From the NCBI GenBank assembly GCA_034780895.1, contig JAUZTB010000069.1:9857567-9921566 (forward strand): a stretch of 64,000 nt of DNA, read 5' to 3'. This document shows, one piece after another, positions 25,021 through 39,264 of the stretch. This stretch comes from Rhynchobatus australiae. Its lineage: Eukaryota. The notes beneath the pieces are model-generated. The model did no database searches and was not told the DNA's origin. It saw only the letters and a list, made by a program, of their open reading frames with translations. Within the stretch, counting starts at the first letter, position 1. Each line of letters starts with the position of its first letter. The position numbers and the translations under genes are program-made.

Positions 25021-25034
25021 TTTCTCTTTTACAG

Positions 25035-25475
25035 AAGACAGTTGGTAACTTTGTGGGCTCTTTGCTGCAATAACGAAGAGACTTCTTGTGTTGCGGCTGT
25101 CATCAACGTCCAAGAAAACTGATCTACCTCAGTTACTTCAGTCTCCTGTGGATCTTCATGTAGCAAAGATGCAGGGTGTGGTCTTGTACGCACAGTTTCT
25201 TTTTTGTCACGGTTGCTATTAAAGTACTATGTGCCATACTGTTCATCAAGCAGGCCAATGCAGGTATTCTGGGATATTTTAGTATTTATCTCAGCTGCTG
25301 TTTTAACATTTGAATATTTAAATTTAGCAATTTTTTAATGCAATTCCACAGTTCTGTGCCATGACTGCACAGTAAGTTTGTACATTGTATTTGTATAAAT
25401 ATTGTACATGTGTATTTGTCTAAATTTTGCATTTTCTTTTTGCAGTAATAAAGATTCACTGAGATACTGTCATTT
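25035..25475 (+). other. CNTRL: Candidate CNTRL terminal exon and 3' UTR
   Basis: Strong acceptor ttttctcttttacag; early stop (EDSW* in phase 1); U-rich end with several TGTA motifs before AATAAA at 25447-25452. Confidence 0.5.
25447..25452 (+). terminator. Polyadenylation signal (putative CNTRL)
   Basis: AATAAA with multiple TGTA upstream elements and a T-rich tract downstream. Confidence 0.55.
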
Positions 25476-28400
25476 TCTTCCTTATTTTCAGTAAAAGCTG
25501 GCTAACCCCCTATGGCTGTCATTCATAGATGATATAGGGTCTGGGGTAGAGTGATCTTTTGCTATATTAAAAAGGTGGTTATATAGTAAAAGCTGGTTGT
25601 GGGATTAATGCAGAGATGAGCAGTACTACTTTCCAATTGCTGTACAGATGCTGTCTAAGGGAATGATGTCAAATATTCATATCACTAGCCAGCGTATAAT
25701 TACTTAGGGATTTCTGTGTTTAAAAAATTTCCACCTGCATTTAGGGAAGCTGTCTAATTTCAAACATGAAAAAATATCCAGGAGAATATGATATGAACTC
25801 TTTTTAAATACTTCTGGAATTTTGAGGAATGACATCTGAAGTGTGATGGATACAAACATGGTTTTCATTTTATCTATTGAGAGCATTGCTACGTGGTGTT
25901 ACTTGGGGATGTTGGTTAAAGTGCAAATGTCCCTAAGGGTCCAGTTGTATTTGCTCTGCAATTTTGAATTGATTGGCTTAGTTTAAGTAACTTGTCAGAC
26001 TGATTTTTATGTACTTTTGTCTATAATTGTTGAGTAAAAACAAGCCCAGATTTTGGGTTTGGGATACTAGAAGTTGGCATTTCTTTCTGATCAGTTTGAA
26101 GTTTCAACTGAGAAAACACAATGTTTAAAGATGCTTGGAAGCTTAAGGAAAAAAATATATTTGACCCCCATCTCTTTAGATGTACCAGCTTTAATATAAA
26201 AAATATTACTAAATTTATTTCTAGTAAATCTGGGCATGGACAGTATTTCTTTTGAACCTTGAGCTCAAGCTAAGTAAAATATGTTATTAGTATTCTAACT
26301 TAAATGGACAACCCCTTCCTCTGAAATTATGCCTGAGTTTTAGAATGATTTTTGCCTTTTTGGGGGATTGAATTCCATTGCAGTGTTTTATGATTTACCA
26401 GCCATGCAGGGGGGAGAGAGATGTATGTACTGTACCTTTCCATCAGAATACAAGATTCAGATACAAATTAAAACATCACCATCCTCGACCAGGATGTACT
26501 CTAGCCCTCTCCATGATTGAGAGCAAAGTAAGTCTCATGATTATCATTACTCAAGGCATCTGTGTTTGCAACATTCTGGCAGTATAATTTAACAGGTACC
26601 AGTACCTGGATCAGGAGTATTGTCGTGGGGTCTTGTGCTCATCTATCTAGTGACCCAGGCTGTTGATTTTGACAAAGTTCTGCTCCATGCATTTTGTTAG
26701 GAGGCGGCCATTGATTTAGCTTTCCCTATTCCCTTCTTGGCAGAGGATTGCATCATCCCCACCAAACTGATCCCAGGGGATCAGTTTGTTCTCTGCCCCC
26801 ACCTCCTTGGGGAATTTTTTCCAAGCCCTTAGCTGCATCTGGAGCTTCCAGGGTGGAGTGTTTTAGTTGATGACCATAAGTGTACTGGCTCCATGACAGA
26901 ATACAGCACAGGATGCAAGGCACTCACTTATGGTCAAGTCTCTAGACCACCAAACTGGATCATTATGGTGAATCCCAGAAGCCTTCCTCTTCCCATTTTC
27001 CCATCCAGAACAATCTTTGAGCTGCACATCTCTTGGTTTTTGTAATAATTTAAATAAACTTCAAGTTTTTAAAATAAAATTTCTACCTTGAATGGCACAT
27101 ACACTAAATCTAGAATCTATTAATACAATGGTTATATAGAAAACTAAAGAACATTTTTAATGTTCATGCTTTTTTTCTTAATTCAGTTTGTAATTCATAA
27201 TGAAATTCAGGATTGTTATAACCAATGTTTTTTAAAAGCAATGCTGGGGATGAGAGCCTCAGTATATTCTATTTAGAAGCTTAGTCTATGTCCTGGGACA
27301 GAAGCTTTAAAGTGGCAAGCACAGAGGGCAAACGTGGGCAGAAGGTCAGAGGATAATCTGTCCCATTCTCTTTATCTTAATTGGGCCCAGAAGATACTCA
27401 TTTCCTCCTTTCTAATGACCAGGAAGATCTATTGAAACTGCTTTGAAAAACTTAATTACTAGACAACTAAATATCTTAAGATATTGAAAGCAAACTGCAG
27501 AATTGTTCAAATAATAATCAAATGCATCTTAAGCAGAGAGGGTAAGCATTAAGGATTAACAAAGTGTATTTTAATGTTAAAAGCTCTGTGATCAAACAGG
27601 TCATTTGTTGTTGTTAGGGCAGTACTTAAAAAAAACCCCAAATGTTAGCCCTTCTATTTAAGACAACAAAGATTCTGCAAAATAGAACAGGTCATGCAGA
27701 AAAAGCTGGTCATTGGAAAGAGGGTCTTATGTGGAACATAGATTCCAGCCTGCGTGTGTTGAACTGAATGACTTGAGCCTGGCTATTGATCATTTTTCAA
27801 TCAATGTTTTCTCCAGTGAGCACTGTATTCAAAATGGTGAGTTATTTTTTTCAAAATTACCTCTAATATTATTGTGCTCCAGGGAATAATTCCCCCTTAA
27901 TATACTTAAAATAATATGCTGCTGCATTGAACTGAGAAAATCAAAATCTGATGGAATGAAAATATACCATTGCACGACAAATTACTTTCAACATGCTATC
28001 AACTGAAAATACACTGGTATTGTTCATGGACTTGCTAAAAGAATCCTGAGTGAAAATAAGTCAATATTACATGTAGTTTAGCACAGAAACCTTGTGCAAG
28101 ACTGCCATCTACTGGATCTTTGATTGAAGGCTTCAATAAAAGATGAGGCATTTAACAGATATTTCAATTTATACCCAATGAAGCTTTTGAAATTGAGAAC
28201 ATACTGCCTAACATATACCAAGTTAAAGATTGGATAGAAACCACCAACAGAATTTTTTGTTAAAATATGGTTTAGGAAAAAATGCATAATTGAATCCTTC
28301 CCCCAGTTTAGAGATTCTTTATTCTTACAGCTGGCTGTATAAAATCAAATGTCATTTTGTTATTTCTTTTCATGCAGGATTAACTGCTCTGCTGTTTTAA

Positions 28401-29249
28401 AAATTATTCTCACTTCCATTGTGATGCATCTGAGCTGTGGTTTGGGGGGAGGCGGGGAGAACAACACAAGTGCCAGGTATGTGTCAGCAATGCTTTGTTA
28501 CTGGAGGACACAGGTGGGAGAGACTGCCAATTCATATGAAATAAAGCTTCTAAAACTGTTGATACAAGTTTCTATTTTCATCTCTAACCCTTCCCCTCCC
28601 CACATCTTCTCAAAATATTTAGACAAAGTCTCCAGACCTGAAAAGGACAAGAATATTTACGTTGCAGCAGTTTAAGATTTGTTCACAAATATTTTTACAA
28701 TGCTGGACATGTCTTGTAGCAATGTTAAATAGGGCATATTTCTTGATGTTATAAGTAAAATATAATCCAAGTCATATCAATAATTTGATTCATTAGGAAC
28801 ATTGTAAGCACTACAACCTTTGAGTTTTCAAAAGTAGAATCTTTCCATTTATTTTCCTTGGCCATCTTCCCTCTTCAGTGACTATTTGTATTTCGATAGC
28901 ACCTTGAGCATAATTAAACATTCTAACAATTCATCTAGTCCTGAGAGCCCTGCAAGTTTTCTCCTTTCAGATACTTAACCAGCTCCCTTTGATCACTGCA
29001 CTTGAATCTGGCACAATTACTTTAATGGTGCCTTCCTGACATCAGCAACTCACTGAGTAAAAGATGTCCTCCTGTCATTTTTGGTTCATTTCCCAATTCT
29101 GTTCACTCCATGTCAGCTAAGCTCACGATTCCTCTGGCAATAGAAATGTGTTCCATCTATCTATGGAATCTTTACCCTTCATGATTTTAAACATCTTCAT
29201 CTAGCAAAATTCTTTTCGAAGAACAACCCAAACTACTCTAAACTGTCAT

Positions 29250-29680
29250 AATTACACCAGTATGAAGCATGATGTGCTTATGCACAAATTACATAGGGTC
29301 AATTTATCAGAAGCTTTGTTGTAAACTACCATTGCATTGCAAGCCTCACACTTTCCCAATTCTCCTCACTGCAATATTGCACCTCATCTTCAAAAAAGCT
29401 CCCTGCTGGAGTGCAGCTAATCTACCAGATGATTGGGAAACTGTTCAAACTCCAATGTTCCAGAACCAGATCCCTCCAACCTCTGTTGTCAACCTGCAGT
29501 ATACAATGAGCCTTGTGCATTTGCACATTTGGAGAGCAAACCTCAAATCACTGACTTGTTCAAAGGTTATACACACAGAACCTCAGCTAAAATGTTGGAA
29601 GGAGCTCACCTGCCCACCCCAATCAAATACCACCTGTCCCATCTGTGGCAGAATATACAAGTCCTAGCCCCACTGCACAT
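29250..29680 (+). mobile_element. Degenerate RTE LINE 3' fragment
   Basis: Terminal TCPICGRIYKS zinc-knuckle-like remnant typical of RTE ORF ends. Confidence 0.55.
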
Positions 29681-30889
29681 TGAGAGGGTAAGAGAACTAA
29701 CAGCAGTGTCCTTTCCCAGTCAACCTTCCCAGCATAGAGTCTGTAATTATACGGAGCTACCTGTAGTGGGCTGGCTACATCTCTTAAAAGGCTACCAAAA
29801 CAGGAACTCTATTTCTGAATCTTGTCACAACATAAACTGCATTAGAATTCACAGAAATGGAGAGGTAGCAAGTCATCCTCAGTCCTGAGGGAATCCCAAA
29901 GAAGAAATTTGCAATTACAGCAACATACTAAATAGGCTGAAGTTTAGGTGGGGCCAGAAAGATTGCAAACTAGATTGGGTCACTGGCAGATCAAACAAAC
30001 ACCTGAAACAATAAATCAATACAACCTGTGCTGAACTGGTGCTCAACAGCTGTTCTCTATATCTAGAACATAGGGTTGACAATAACTTCATTGAGAGGGC
30101 AAAAGACTAATGGAAAGGAAATGGATTAATGCCTGAAAGTTCTTCCAATAGCCTAGAATGAAGTTAAGTGAAGGTAATGAATAAACTTAAGGTTTGAGTG
30201 ATGGGGAGTGAACTGGCAAATTTTCTCCCAGGAATTTACAGCACAAACAGGCCATTCAGCCAACTGCATTGTGAAGGTATTTATGCTGATCACATCCCAT
30301 CTTACACATCAAACTGCTTTAAAGTTTCAAAGACCATTATCACAGCCTTCCAGATAAGAGAGCTCCCAATTATTTTTCCACCAGTCATATCTGCCATCAT
30401 CCTTTGAAATCCTGTTGTACATTTGTTCTTTTAATAATGTGACCAGACCTGTAAAGTTACTATGGCTGTGGTCTAGGTAAGGCTCTACATTTGAAAATCA
30501 TGGTTTTCTTTGCAATTTCTCTAGAAATGGATGCGAGTGCCTGCTTTGCAATTTGTGCCAACCTATATTACTACTATTAAGTAAGGCAAACCTGGGATCA
30601 CTCCATCCATCAACTCAACTTCCAAGGCAATCCTAGTTCCCAACCTCACTCTTACCTATACAGAGGTTAATTTGGCATTTACATACCCAAATCAGAACTA
30701 AGGCTGAAAGCACATGAACCCTTGCATGGATGTGTCTAGCTTGAATATTTCTCCCCTCATCACTGGAGTAACATCGTCCAGATGCGACTGTTTAAGTCAG
30801 ATCTTAAACTATGATACTAGTGGTAATGTACTACACTCATTCAAAATGCCCTTTAGCATGTTATCTTTTTCATCAAAGGTCTCCTGGAA

Positions 30890-32290
30890 ATAGTGGAGGA
30901 CAACAGGTCAAGATTAAATGAAATTGAAGAAATATGCATTAAGGAAAACTAGTATTGGAGAAATTAGGACTGAAAAACAATAAATCCCAGGAAATGATCT
31001 GTAACCTAGGATTTTAAGATAGAGGATGAACTACTCGTCTTTTGACAAAATTCTGTCAATTCTGGTAGTTTTAAACATTGGAAGCTCATTAATGGAACCC
31101 CTAGGAGAAAGAAAACAGGGATCACTTGGACAGTATTAACAGTGGGGAAAATGTTGGGATTTATTATTGAAATGGTAACAGGATACTTAGTAAATAATAG
31201 GACCAGGCAGATTCATGCAAGGGAAATAATGTTTGACATAACTGTTGTAATTCTTTGAGGCTGTAATCAGCAGAATAGATCAGGTAACTTACTTCAATTT
31301 TCAGAAAGATCTTCAATGAGGAACCAAGAGATTATTAAACAAAATTAGGGTACATGGCTGTAAGGGTAAGATACTGACATGGACTGAGGAATGCTCCACA
31401 GACAAAAAAATAGCAGAAATAAGTTGGCGATTTTCAGGTTGGGAGACTGATCAGTTGAGTGCCATGGTCTCACTTGTTCAATCTTCAATCAATGTTTGGA
31501 TGAGGGGGAATCATGTATTTTATATATCCAAATTTGCTGATGATACAAAGCTCAGAAGCAGAGTGGGCTGTGCAGGTATAGCACAGGAGACAGAAATGAA
31601 AGGATATGGAGACAGATGGAAAATAATTTAGAAAATTGAGAGGTCATCTGCTTGAGAGAGAAAAAAAGTATTTTTTAAAAATATGGTGACACTGTAGTGT
31701 TGGGAGTACAGATGGACTTTATTCTCCTTGCACCCAAGTAACAAAATTAATGTGCAGGTTCAGTAGATAATTAGAAATGCAAATAGTAGATTGACTCGTC
31801 AAAAGATTTGAATACAATAGACTTGCTCCAATACATGAAGCCCCAGTGGGCCCCCATCTAGAATATAGTGTCCAGGGCTAGTCTCACTACCCAAGGAAAA
31901 ATATGCTTACATTGAGGTTCACCAGATTAATTGCTGTGATAGAAAGTTTCTTGTACAAGGAAAAATTAAGTAGACTAGACACCCCCACCTGCCCCCCCAA
32001 AACTTGTTACCTCATTGAGAAGTACATTCTCATAGCTTGCTGAGATGGTGGTGGAGTGGATTACACTGGCCAAGGTGTCTAGAACTACAAGGGATGGTCA
32101 CAGTTCCAAAATAAGTAGTTTGTCATTCGAGATGGAAGTGAGTAGTCATTTCTTCACCTAGGGAATGATGAATTCTCAGAATTGGCTGAGTATATTTAAG
32201 ACAAGTGGCAGGGGTAAAAAAAATCAGCGGTGATCTTGTTGAATGATAAGTGGTGGCAGGAGGGGCTGAGTGGCTTAGTCCTGTTGCATC
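30890..32290 (+). mobile_element. Degenerate CR1 LINE ORF2
   Basis: atatccaaatttgctgatgatacaaagct (ISKFADDTKL) at about 31525; PHLEY motif; CR1 3' end. Confidence 0.85.
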
Positions 32291-32304
32291 TCTAGTTGAA
32301 AGCA

Positions 32305-32625
32305 CTGAGTCAGAGATAGAGCATGGGAACTAGCCCTTTGGCCCACCCAGTCCTCAAACATAAAACACCCATTTATGCTAATCCTACATTATCCTATTTC
32401 TTAGGCCTTCCACATTCTCATCAATCCCCAGATTCTACCACTTACACACTGGGTGCAGTTTACAGCAACCAATGCAGCTACCAACCTGCATTTCTTTGGG
32501 ACGTGGGAGGAAACTGGAGCAGCCATCTGGATTGTCATGTGATTACAGGGAGAACATGCAAACTCCACACAGCCAGGTCTCTAGTGCTGTGAGGCTAGTG
32601 CTGAGGCAGCTGCTCCAATTGTGCC
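32305..32625 (-). mobile_element. V-SINE/HE1-like SINE
   Basis: gtgggaggaaactggagca...acagggagaacatgcaaactccacacag is the reverse complement of the V-domain. Confidence 0.75.
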
Positions 32626-34689
32626 TGCAACACAATGTGGAAATTTAGACATGTTGTCTGAAGAAAACCTCTCGTCACCACCTTGTAATCAGTTTCAATT
32701 GTTAGGAGGCATAACTCAAAAGCAGAACTTGCTCCCAGAGCAAAATTCAGGTTGCTCTTACCCATGGCTAGTACACCAAACATGCACTGGAGGACAGATC
32801 TATAAATGGGCAAGTACAGGACCAATGCAGAATTACCTTCAAGGCCAAAATCTGTACGTAAAAGTCTGCTTATTCATTTTTATGAAAAATGAAAATAGTA
32901 CTTAAGTACATCTCATTCCCATAAGAAAAACAGATGAGTTTCACAAGTTCAACTTCAGGACTAAAAAAAAGACACTGAACAATGATCTTGTTTAGGAACA
33001 TTCCCAGAGTACGTCATCTCAATAAATGCAAGCCCAGCTCAAGTGGTTAAGATTTATTTTAAAGATGTAGAGAGCTTTCAAATTAACAGATGAAATTTTA
33101 GATCATTCCACGCAGTCTTTAAATTATTCAAAATTTTGTACAGAGGGGAAAATGGAACATCAAAATCCAAGGCTGAACATTTTGCATTCCTCATGCTGCT
33201 AACTTCCCAGTTTCAGAGGACACTTCAAGTGCTGCAGCATTCCTAGCAGTATAGTACCTTCAATGTAGCAAAATTGCACAGCACTGGAGAAACACACAAC
33301 ATAAGATAATCAAAAACATTGCTAGTTTAAGGTCCTTTTGTACTTAAGACGTTACAGTTCAATGTTGGAGGCGTAGTGTAGGCCCAGAAGAATTAAAAGC
33401 ATTTCCAAAAAAATACTATGAACAGAGAGAAAAATCAAATCAGCTCGAAGAATGTTCAACCCTTTAGGAGGTACAAACCAGGGCATACATGAGTGAGTGT
33501 TTGGATGTTCATGTATGGTGAAATGCAGAGAGAAATGTTGAATTAGCAATGAAAGGAGTTCATTCAGCAATACTGTCATCTAATTAGAGCCCTTGAGCGT
33601 GGAAGAAATTTGAGGCTCAACTCTGTTTTTGCAGCTTTGCTCCAAGAATTGAGTCAGGGCCAATAAAAGTTTGTAATAAAAAAGGGTAATAGAACAGAAT
33701 GCCCAAGATGTTAGTTTTAAGACTGGAAATTCATTGATATTCTGGAATTCCTACAGTAGATATGTAGCAGTAAAGCCAGTCACCTTGGCTCAGATACTTC
33801 AGCTAGGGCCCTCTGGGTAAATATCAAGGTACCATGTAAACTAAATTAGGCCCATGGGATGGACAAGTCCAGGTAAACTGCTGGCTATGTAAAAATGGAA
33901 CCACTCAATTGTTCCAAAGAATCATTGACACAGATTCAACAAACTTTGCCAAGGAGCTGCTGATTTTGGCTAGTGTCAACATTGGTGAAAGAGGTAAACT
34001 CATCGCTGTGGAATTGTATTCAATAAACTCAGATGAAAGGGAGGAAGGACATTGAAGAAACTGCTGTTGGCAAACAAGTCAGGAATGTACAAATAACAGG
34101 GCTAAAATAAAAATAGCCTATTAGAAAGGAGTACCCTACATCACAAACTGGATATGAAGTGGGCCTCAAGATAGAGGTGTTTAATATTGCAAAATGTACT
34201 CCTGATGGCATTCAGATCCTTGGATAACAAGGCAAGAGGTAAATATCCACTGGCTGCTTTTCCTGTTTAAAAAAAATTAGATGATGAAGTGAAAGGTACC
34301 TGAAGGATATTTCTGCCAAGAGAAACGGTATTTGAGGTTCAGCTGTCAGGAGAAGAGAGTAAACTGGCAAATGCAGTTTTTGAAGCTGCAGGACCATTTC
34401 CCTCCACCACCAGCAACCCCCCCCCACCCCCCCACTTTTTTTGGTTAAAGAAAACAATGAAGTCTGCAGTCCACTTTGACATTTAACATACAGTACTTAA
34501 ATTCTTCATATCCCACTTTGTAGCATCAATTCAATGTAGCAACCTCCCTCCCCACCCTAGGCTAAGCCTACATTGTATGACCCAGCATAGAATACAGTTC
34601 CCTCTAGCCATGAGGAATATCAATTAACCTAACTTACAGTCAGAAGGGCCAGTTGTAGTTAAAATTTTAAGTAATGAGTACAAGGACAG

Positions 34690-36662
34690 ATTAACTAGAT
34701 ACAGGTACTTTATTTACAAATATTCAGATTAATAGCATTTGTTTCATCAAATGAAAGGTACAGCAGTTCAAAGTCTTTTTCTGTCACATATAAACAAGAT
34801 CTACTGTAAGCTGTCCAGTCATCCAGATCTCATACCACCTAATGACTAAAGCAAACTTTAGCAAATTTAGAATGAAATACCTTGCCAAATCCCTGCATGT
34901 TGTACACACAGGCCATGGTCCCTGGGCAACACCCCACTAAAGCAAAGGCTTAACATCATAACGAAGACAACAGACTCCTAACCACACTGCCTTTGACAAC
35001 AATCCCATATATTCAACATAAAGGCTCACATTCTTAAAATTAATAGCAAGTTAGTTGCTTTTCTTCTATTTTGATTGAGACTTTAGTTGGAATTTTAAAA
35101 AACTNNNNNNNNNNGCAAGACTACAAACAAGGGACAGTGCACAAATTGACAAAATTTTCCAATATATTGCAGATTCCAGTTTGGCCTTCCCACAACTTTT
35201 CTGTACAGGATCCCATTTTTTCTACAAGAGTGAAGATTTTCCACCTGGTCAATGTCTTTATTATGGGTATTTGAACATTAAGCATCATTTCTATCAAAAA
35301 ACTAATAAGCAGTGCAGCCCCATTTCATACACAACTGAAGATGCATATCATTAATTAGCATTTTAACCACAATTATGCTGCCCAAGGCAAACGTGCTGAA
35401 TCACCATTGAAATTTAAACTACTTTCATCCCTTGAAATAAAATCAAAAATCACCCTACCCCAAAATATTTAATACAGTGAACAATATTTAAAAAATAAAA
35501 CAAATCTCCCTTAAGTCTGCTTTAGGAATGAAATTTGGCTATTCAATTCATTGAGGACAATTGCACCTAGATGTATTGAGTAAAAAGCACACATTCACCC
35601 AGTTATTTTTTTCTTGAATGACGTACTGCAGTAAATACAGCCAGAAATGCAAGACCATCTACAGAACATTACATGGTTGATTGCACAAGAATAGGATTAT
35701 TCAATGGTAGAGGTTTTCCCACAGTGCAATGATGGAACCAGATGACAAGAGAATATGAAACCCAACTAGTGTTAAAAGTACTGCTCATATTTTTCCTTTA
35801 AAATGTGATTATAACCATTCTAGTGCTTAAGGGGCAACATGGTCACTTAGATTGTACTGTACAAACTGGTACTTAATGCCAGTGATCAATTTGTTTCTTC
35901 ATTAAAATCATATACATACAGATGTATTTAAATGTTAGTTCAGTTCCTTCAAATTTTATACATATTTACGTATGTTAATAAGTGTAAAGAATAAAATGAC
36001 AAAAAGCACACTAAAGCCTTCTTTTGCATTTTAAGAGGGAATGATGAGTAATAGCCATTTCCCCGTGCAAGGTTAAGACAAGAGCTGGAATTAGAACCCC
36101 ATGAAGACATGTAACTGGGTGGGGAACTTATGAACAGCAACAAGCATACTCTACATGTTACAGACACCCTGTAGTTGAGCTGGATGTCAGTTCACAAAGA
36201 ACCTCAGTAACTTTGAACAGCATAGACAACAGTTGTATGGGCAAGAAGGGTTTTTAATGTACAAGAATCTTTTTAAATGGATAATGAGGTTATGCCTATA
36301 ACCCCTGTGGTGGCAAGATGGAATTATACAACATCAGCACATTTGTTTAGCTGACAAGCATTGAAATCGGATCACAGATTGAGGGATGATGATGAACTAC
36401 CACAAGAACAAGTAAGAAAATATTTCAATTCTAAATTCCATGCAGGAGAGGTTTTATTACTCTACTCATTTTCCTTGTAACCTGATAAACATCTACGGTG
36501 GTTTAGTGAGGAGCCATTTATCATTGTGTTAAACTGTTGTCACAGCAGCAAACTTTATCCTGTCAGATTATCAGCAGACAAGGAAGCAGCTAGAAGTACT
36601 GCTTTGACAAAGACACAAAGAGTAAGATGTGAAGGGTCAAGAGGTTCACTGGCTGAAGGTCA
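34690..36662 (-). other. RAB14: RAB14 3' UTR (about 2 kb), with AATAAA on the - strand at 35257-35262 and 34709-34714
   Basis: No recognisable TE in this AU-rich stretch after the stop; tttatt hexamers on the + strand. Confidence 0.65.
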
Positions 36663-36840
36663 CTAGCAGCCACAGCCTTCTCTCTGGGGCTGGGGCTCAC
36701 TGATTAGTCGACCACCTTGTGGAGCGGATGGTTTGTGCTGTACTCCGGACTCAGCAGCGTTGAGATCCAGGCTGCCATCCTGAATATTTTGGTAGATTTT
36801 CTTGGCTGCCTCCAGGAATGCATCCTCAACATTCTCACCT
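36663..36840 (-). CDS. RAB14: RAB14 last coding exon with CxC prenylation motif
   Basis: tag|A GGT GAG AAT...GGC TGT GGC TGC TAG; exon lengths sum to 648 nt (215 aa plus stop). Confidence 0.98.
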
Positions 36841-37225
36841 CTAGGAACAAAGTAACAGTCACTTATTTACTGTAGCAAAGTGGCCAGGCTAAAAACATTT
36901 CTTCCCCCGCAAACCCCCCCCCCACAAGGGGAAACAAATCCACACACTTGCATCTTACACCCAGTTCTCAAAGCATCACCAACCAGAGTCACACATTGGG
37001 GAGTTTTGGGGGCAGGTGGCTGTTTGCTGATTTTACAAAACCAACCCAAATACTGCAAGTGCTGCCAAGAAAAATCCACCCCCAATGTGGGAACATTCTG
37101 ATGTTAAATCCCCTGTTCTGTACAAAATAGAAAAGGATTTTATTAATGTCATGCAGCTTTTGAAAAGACCACCACTATATTAGTCCAAGATTTTTCAAGT
37201 GACTGAAGCCAAGCTGCACACTTAC

Positions 37226-37256
37226 GTTTTTGCACTTGCTTCAAGGAATAACAGAC
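37226..37256 (-). CDS. RAB14: RAB14 coding exon 6 (31 bp, G5 EASAK)
   Basis: cag|GT CTG TTA TTC CTT GAA GCA AGT GCA AAA AC|gtaagt. Confidence 0.96.
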
Positions 37257-38534
37257 CTGTAGAAAAATTTTAAAAACTTAGTGGCAGAAATACTCATGTT
37301 ATAAAGTTGAACTTAAACTTACCCCTAACCACAAAACAATTGAAACATACCCAAGATCACGATAATTAAACTATAAGCTACATTATTTGAAACTACTGAT
37401 CCCATGTGTAACTGTAAGGAACTTTACTCTTAGGCAAGAAGTTACCATACAAGACAACTCATTAGTGAAGAATCCAATCAACAGATGATTTGGAATACAG
37501 AATGCTGGAGATTTGGACTGATTTTAATCTGTGCTACCATTTCCAGCAAAAGAGAATGCAACAACATTCTACCTTCTAACCACATTACAAAATGTAAACG
37601 AGCAGTAATGTGGTGGTCTTGCTCTCCTCACCCACCATACAACTGCAAATGGATCAATTTAGTATGGTTGATACAAACCAAATAGCACACAAAAATCAGT
37701 ACATCACACAAATCCAAGTTAAATTCAAAATTTCAGCCATAGTTTAATACCAAAATCTACACAGGAGAGCGCACACCCAGGAAGGGCACAACAGATGTGA
37801 ATAAGTGTCAAGTAGTCAAAGTCAAAAGACTGATGGCAAGGAATTTTTAAAATGCCAATGTTTAAGAGGAAGTGATAAAATGTGTAAGAAATGTTGGTCA
37901 AGTATCAAATGCAGCCCTGGATGTCTCATTTGGTAACAGGATTCTACAACATATCAGCTAAATCTTGGTCAATCTTTGCTGTAACTATTGCAATGGAGAG
38001 ACTTGAGATACTAGGACTGTTGCCAATGGAACAGACAAGGCCAAGAGGAGGATTCAACTGAATTTTGAAATTATGCAAAAACACATTTAAGAGTCCAACT
38101 TCCTCTGGTTTGAAATCAATAAGGGTTCTTCAAAAGCCAGTGAAAAGAAATGTGCATCTTTCTGAGCAAGGACTATTAGAAGCAAGGAAAGGCTTAGGGA
38201 GACCAATGCATTCGTTTCCACACAAAAAAAAGATAAATGTTTAAAGTAAAGATTTAAGATCAGTTTTGAAATTACTCCAATAAGGAGCTGCCAAATACAA
38301 CTAGCTAGTCTTTCACAGTAGAATTAAAACTGTCACTAAACATCCTCTGGCTTGATAAAGTGGAAAATTTTAATAAGAGACTCATCCTAAGCATTTACTC
38401 CTCACCATCCATAATGCACGATCTGAGTTTAATTACAACCAGATCTTGGATAAGTAATGCTATGCTGCAGAATGGCATTAATCCAAACTTTTAATGCACA
38501 TACTGGAATCTCTTGCTGAGCAAGGATCTACAAT

Positions 38535-38745
38535 GATAGACAAAGAACACTACAGCAAGTACAGGCCCTTTGGCCCACGATGTTGTGCCGACATTTTCTC
38601 CTGCTCTATGATCTATCCAACCCTTCCCTCCCACATAGCCCTCCATTTTTCTATCATTCATGTGGCTATTTAAGTCTCTTAAGTGTCCCTAATGTATCTG
38701 CCCCCACAACCTCTGCCAGCACTAAAAAAGACTTGCCTCTGACCC
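38535..38745 (-). mobile_element. CR1 3' end fragment
   Basis: gaacactacagcaagtacaggccctttggcccacgatgttgtgccgac tail. Confidence 0.7.
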
Positions 38746-39264
38746 TGGTCTCAGCAGATTGTTCAATTTCTACAGCCAACTTCCAAAATCACTTCTTGAA
38801 CATTTGTTTATTTTAGTGCCCAAAGGATAAATTTGTTCTAACATGAGAGTCAGTTAGAAGCCCAATATCAATTCTTGGCAACTTTGACTATATCACCATA
38901 ACTCCAGCAGTATTTAAAATCTTCATTTGGGCTGGTGGTGAGGTTTGAGGAGTGTGGGGATTAGAGCTAAAACAGAATCATAAATCTGGATCACTTGGAT
39001 CTCCTTCCACTCTGGCCAACACTGTGTTTAGTGGTTGTCCTCTGATAGAGAGGAAACAGCGTGAGAAAATTGTTGCAAGACTCATCAGTTCAGATAATAA
39101 ACACCTTTGATACCAAAAAACAATGAAAGTTACATTTTCCAGATCTCTCCTTTAGATGACATTAAGGAATTATGCAACAATTTAGTTTAATCTTCCTTGC
39201 CCAGAAAACTTGTTTCTGAATAGAGGACAGCCCTACAAAACTCAACCCACAGAAGGAAATGTAC

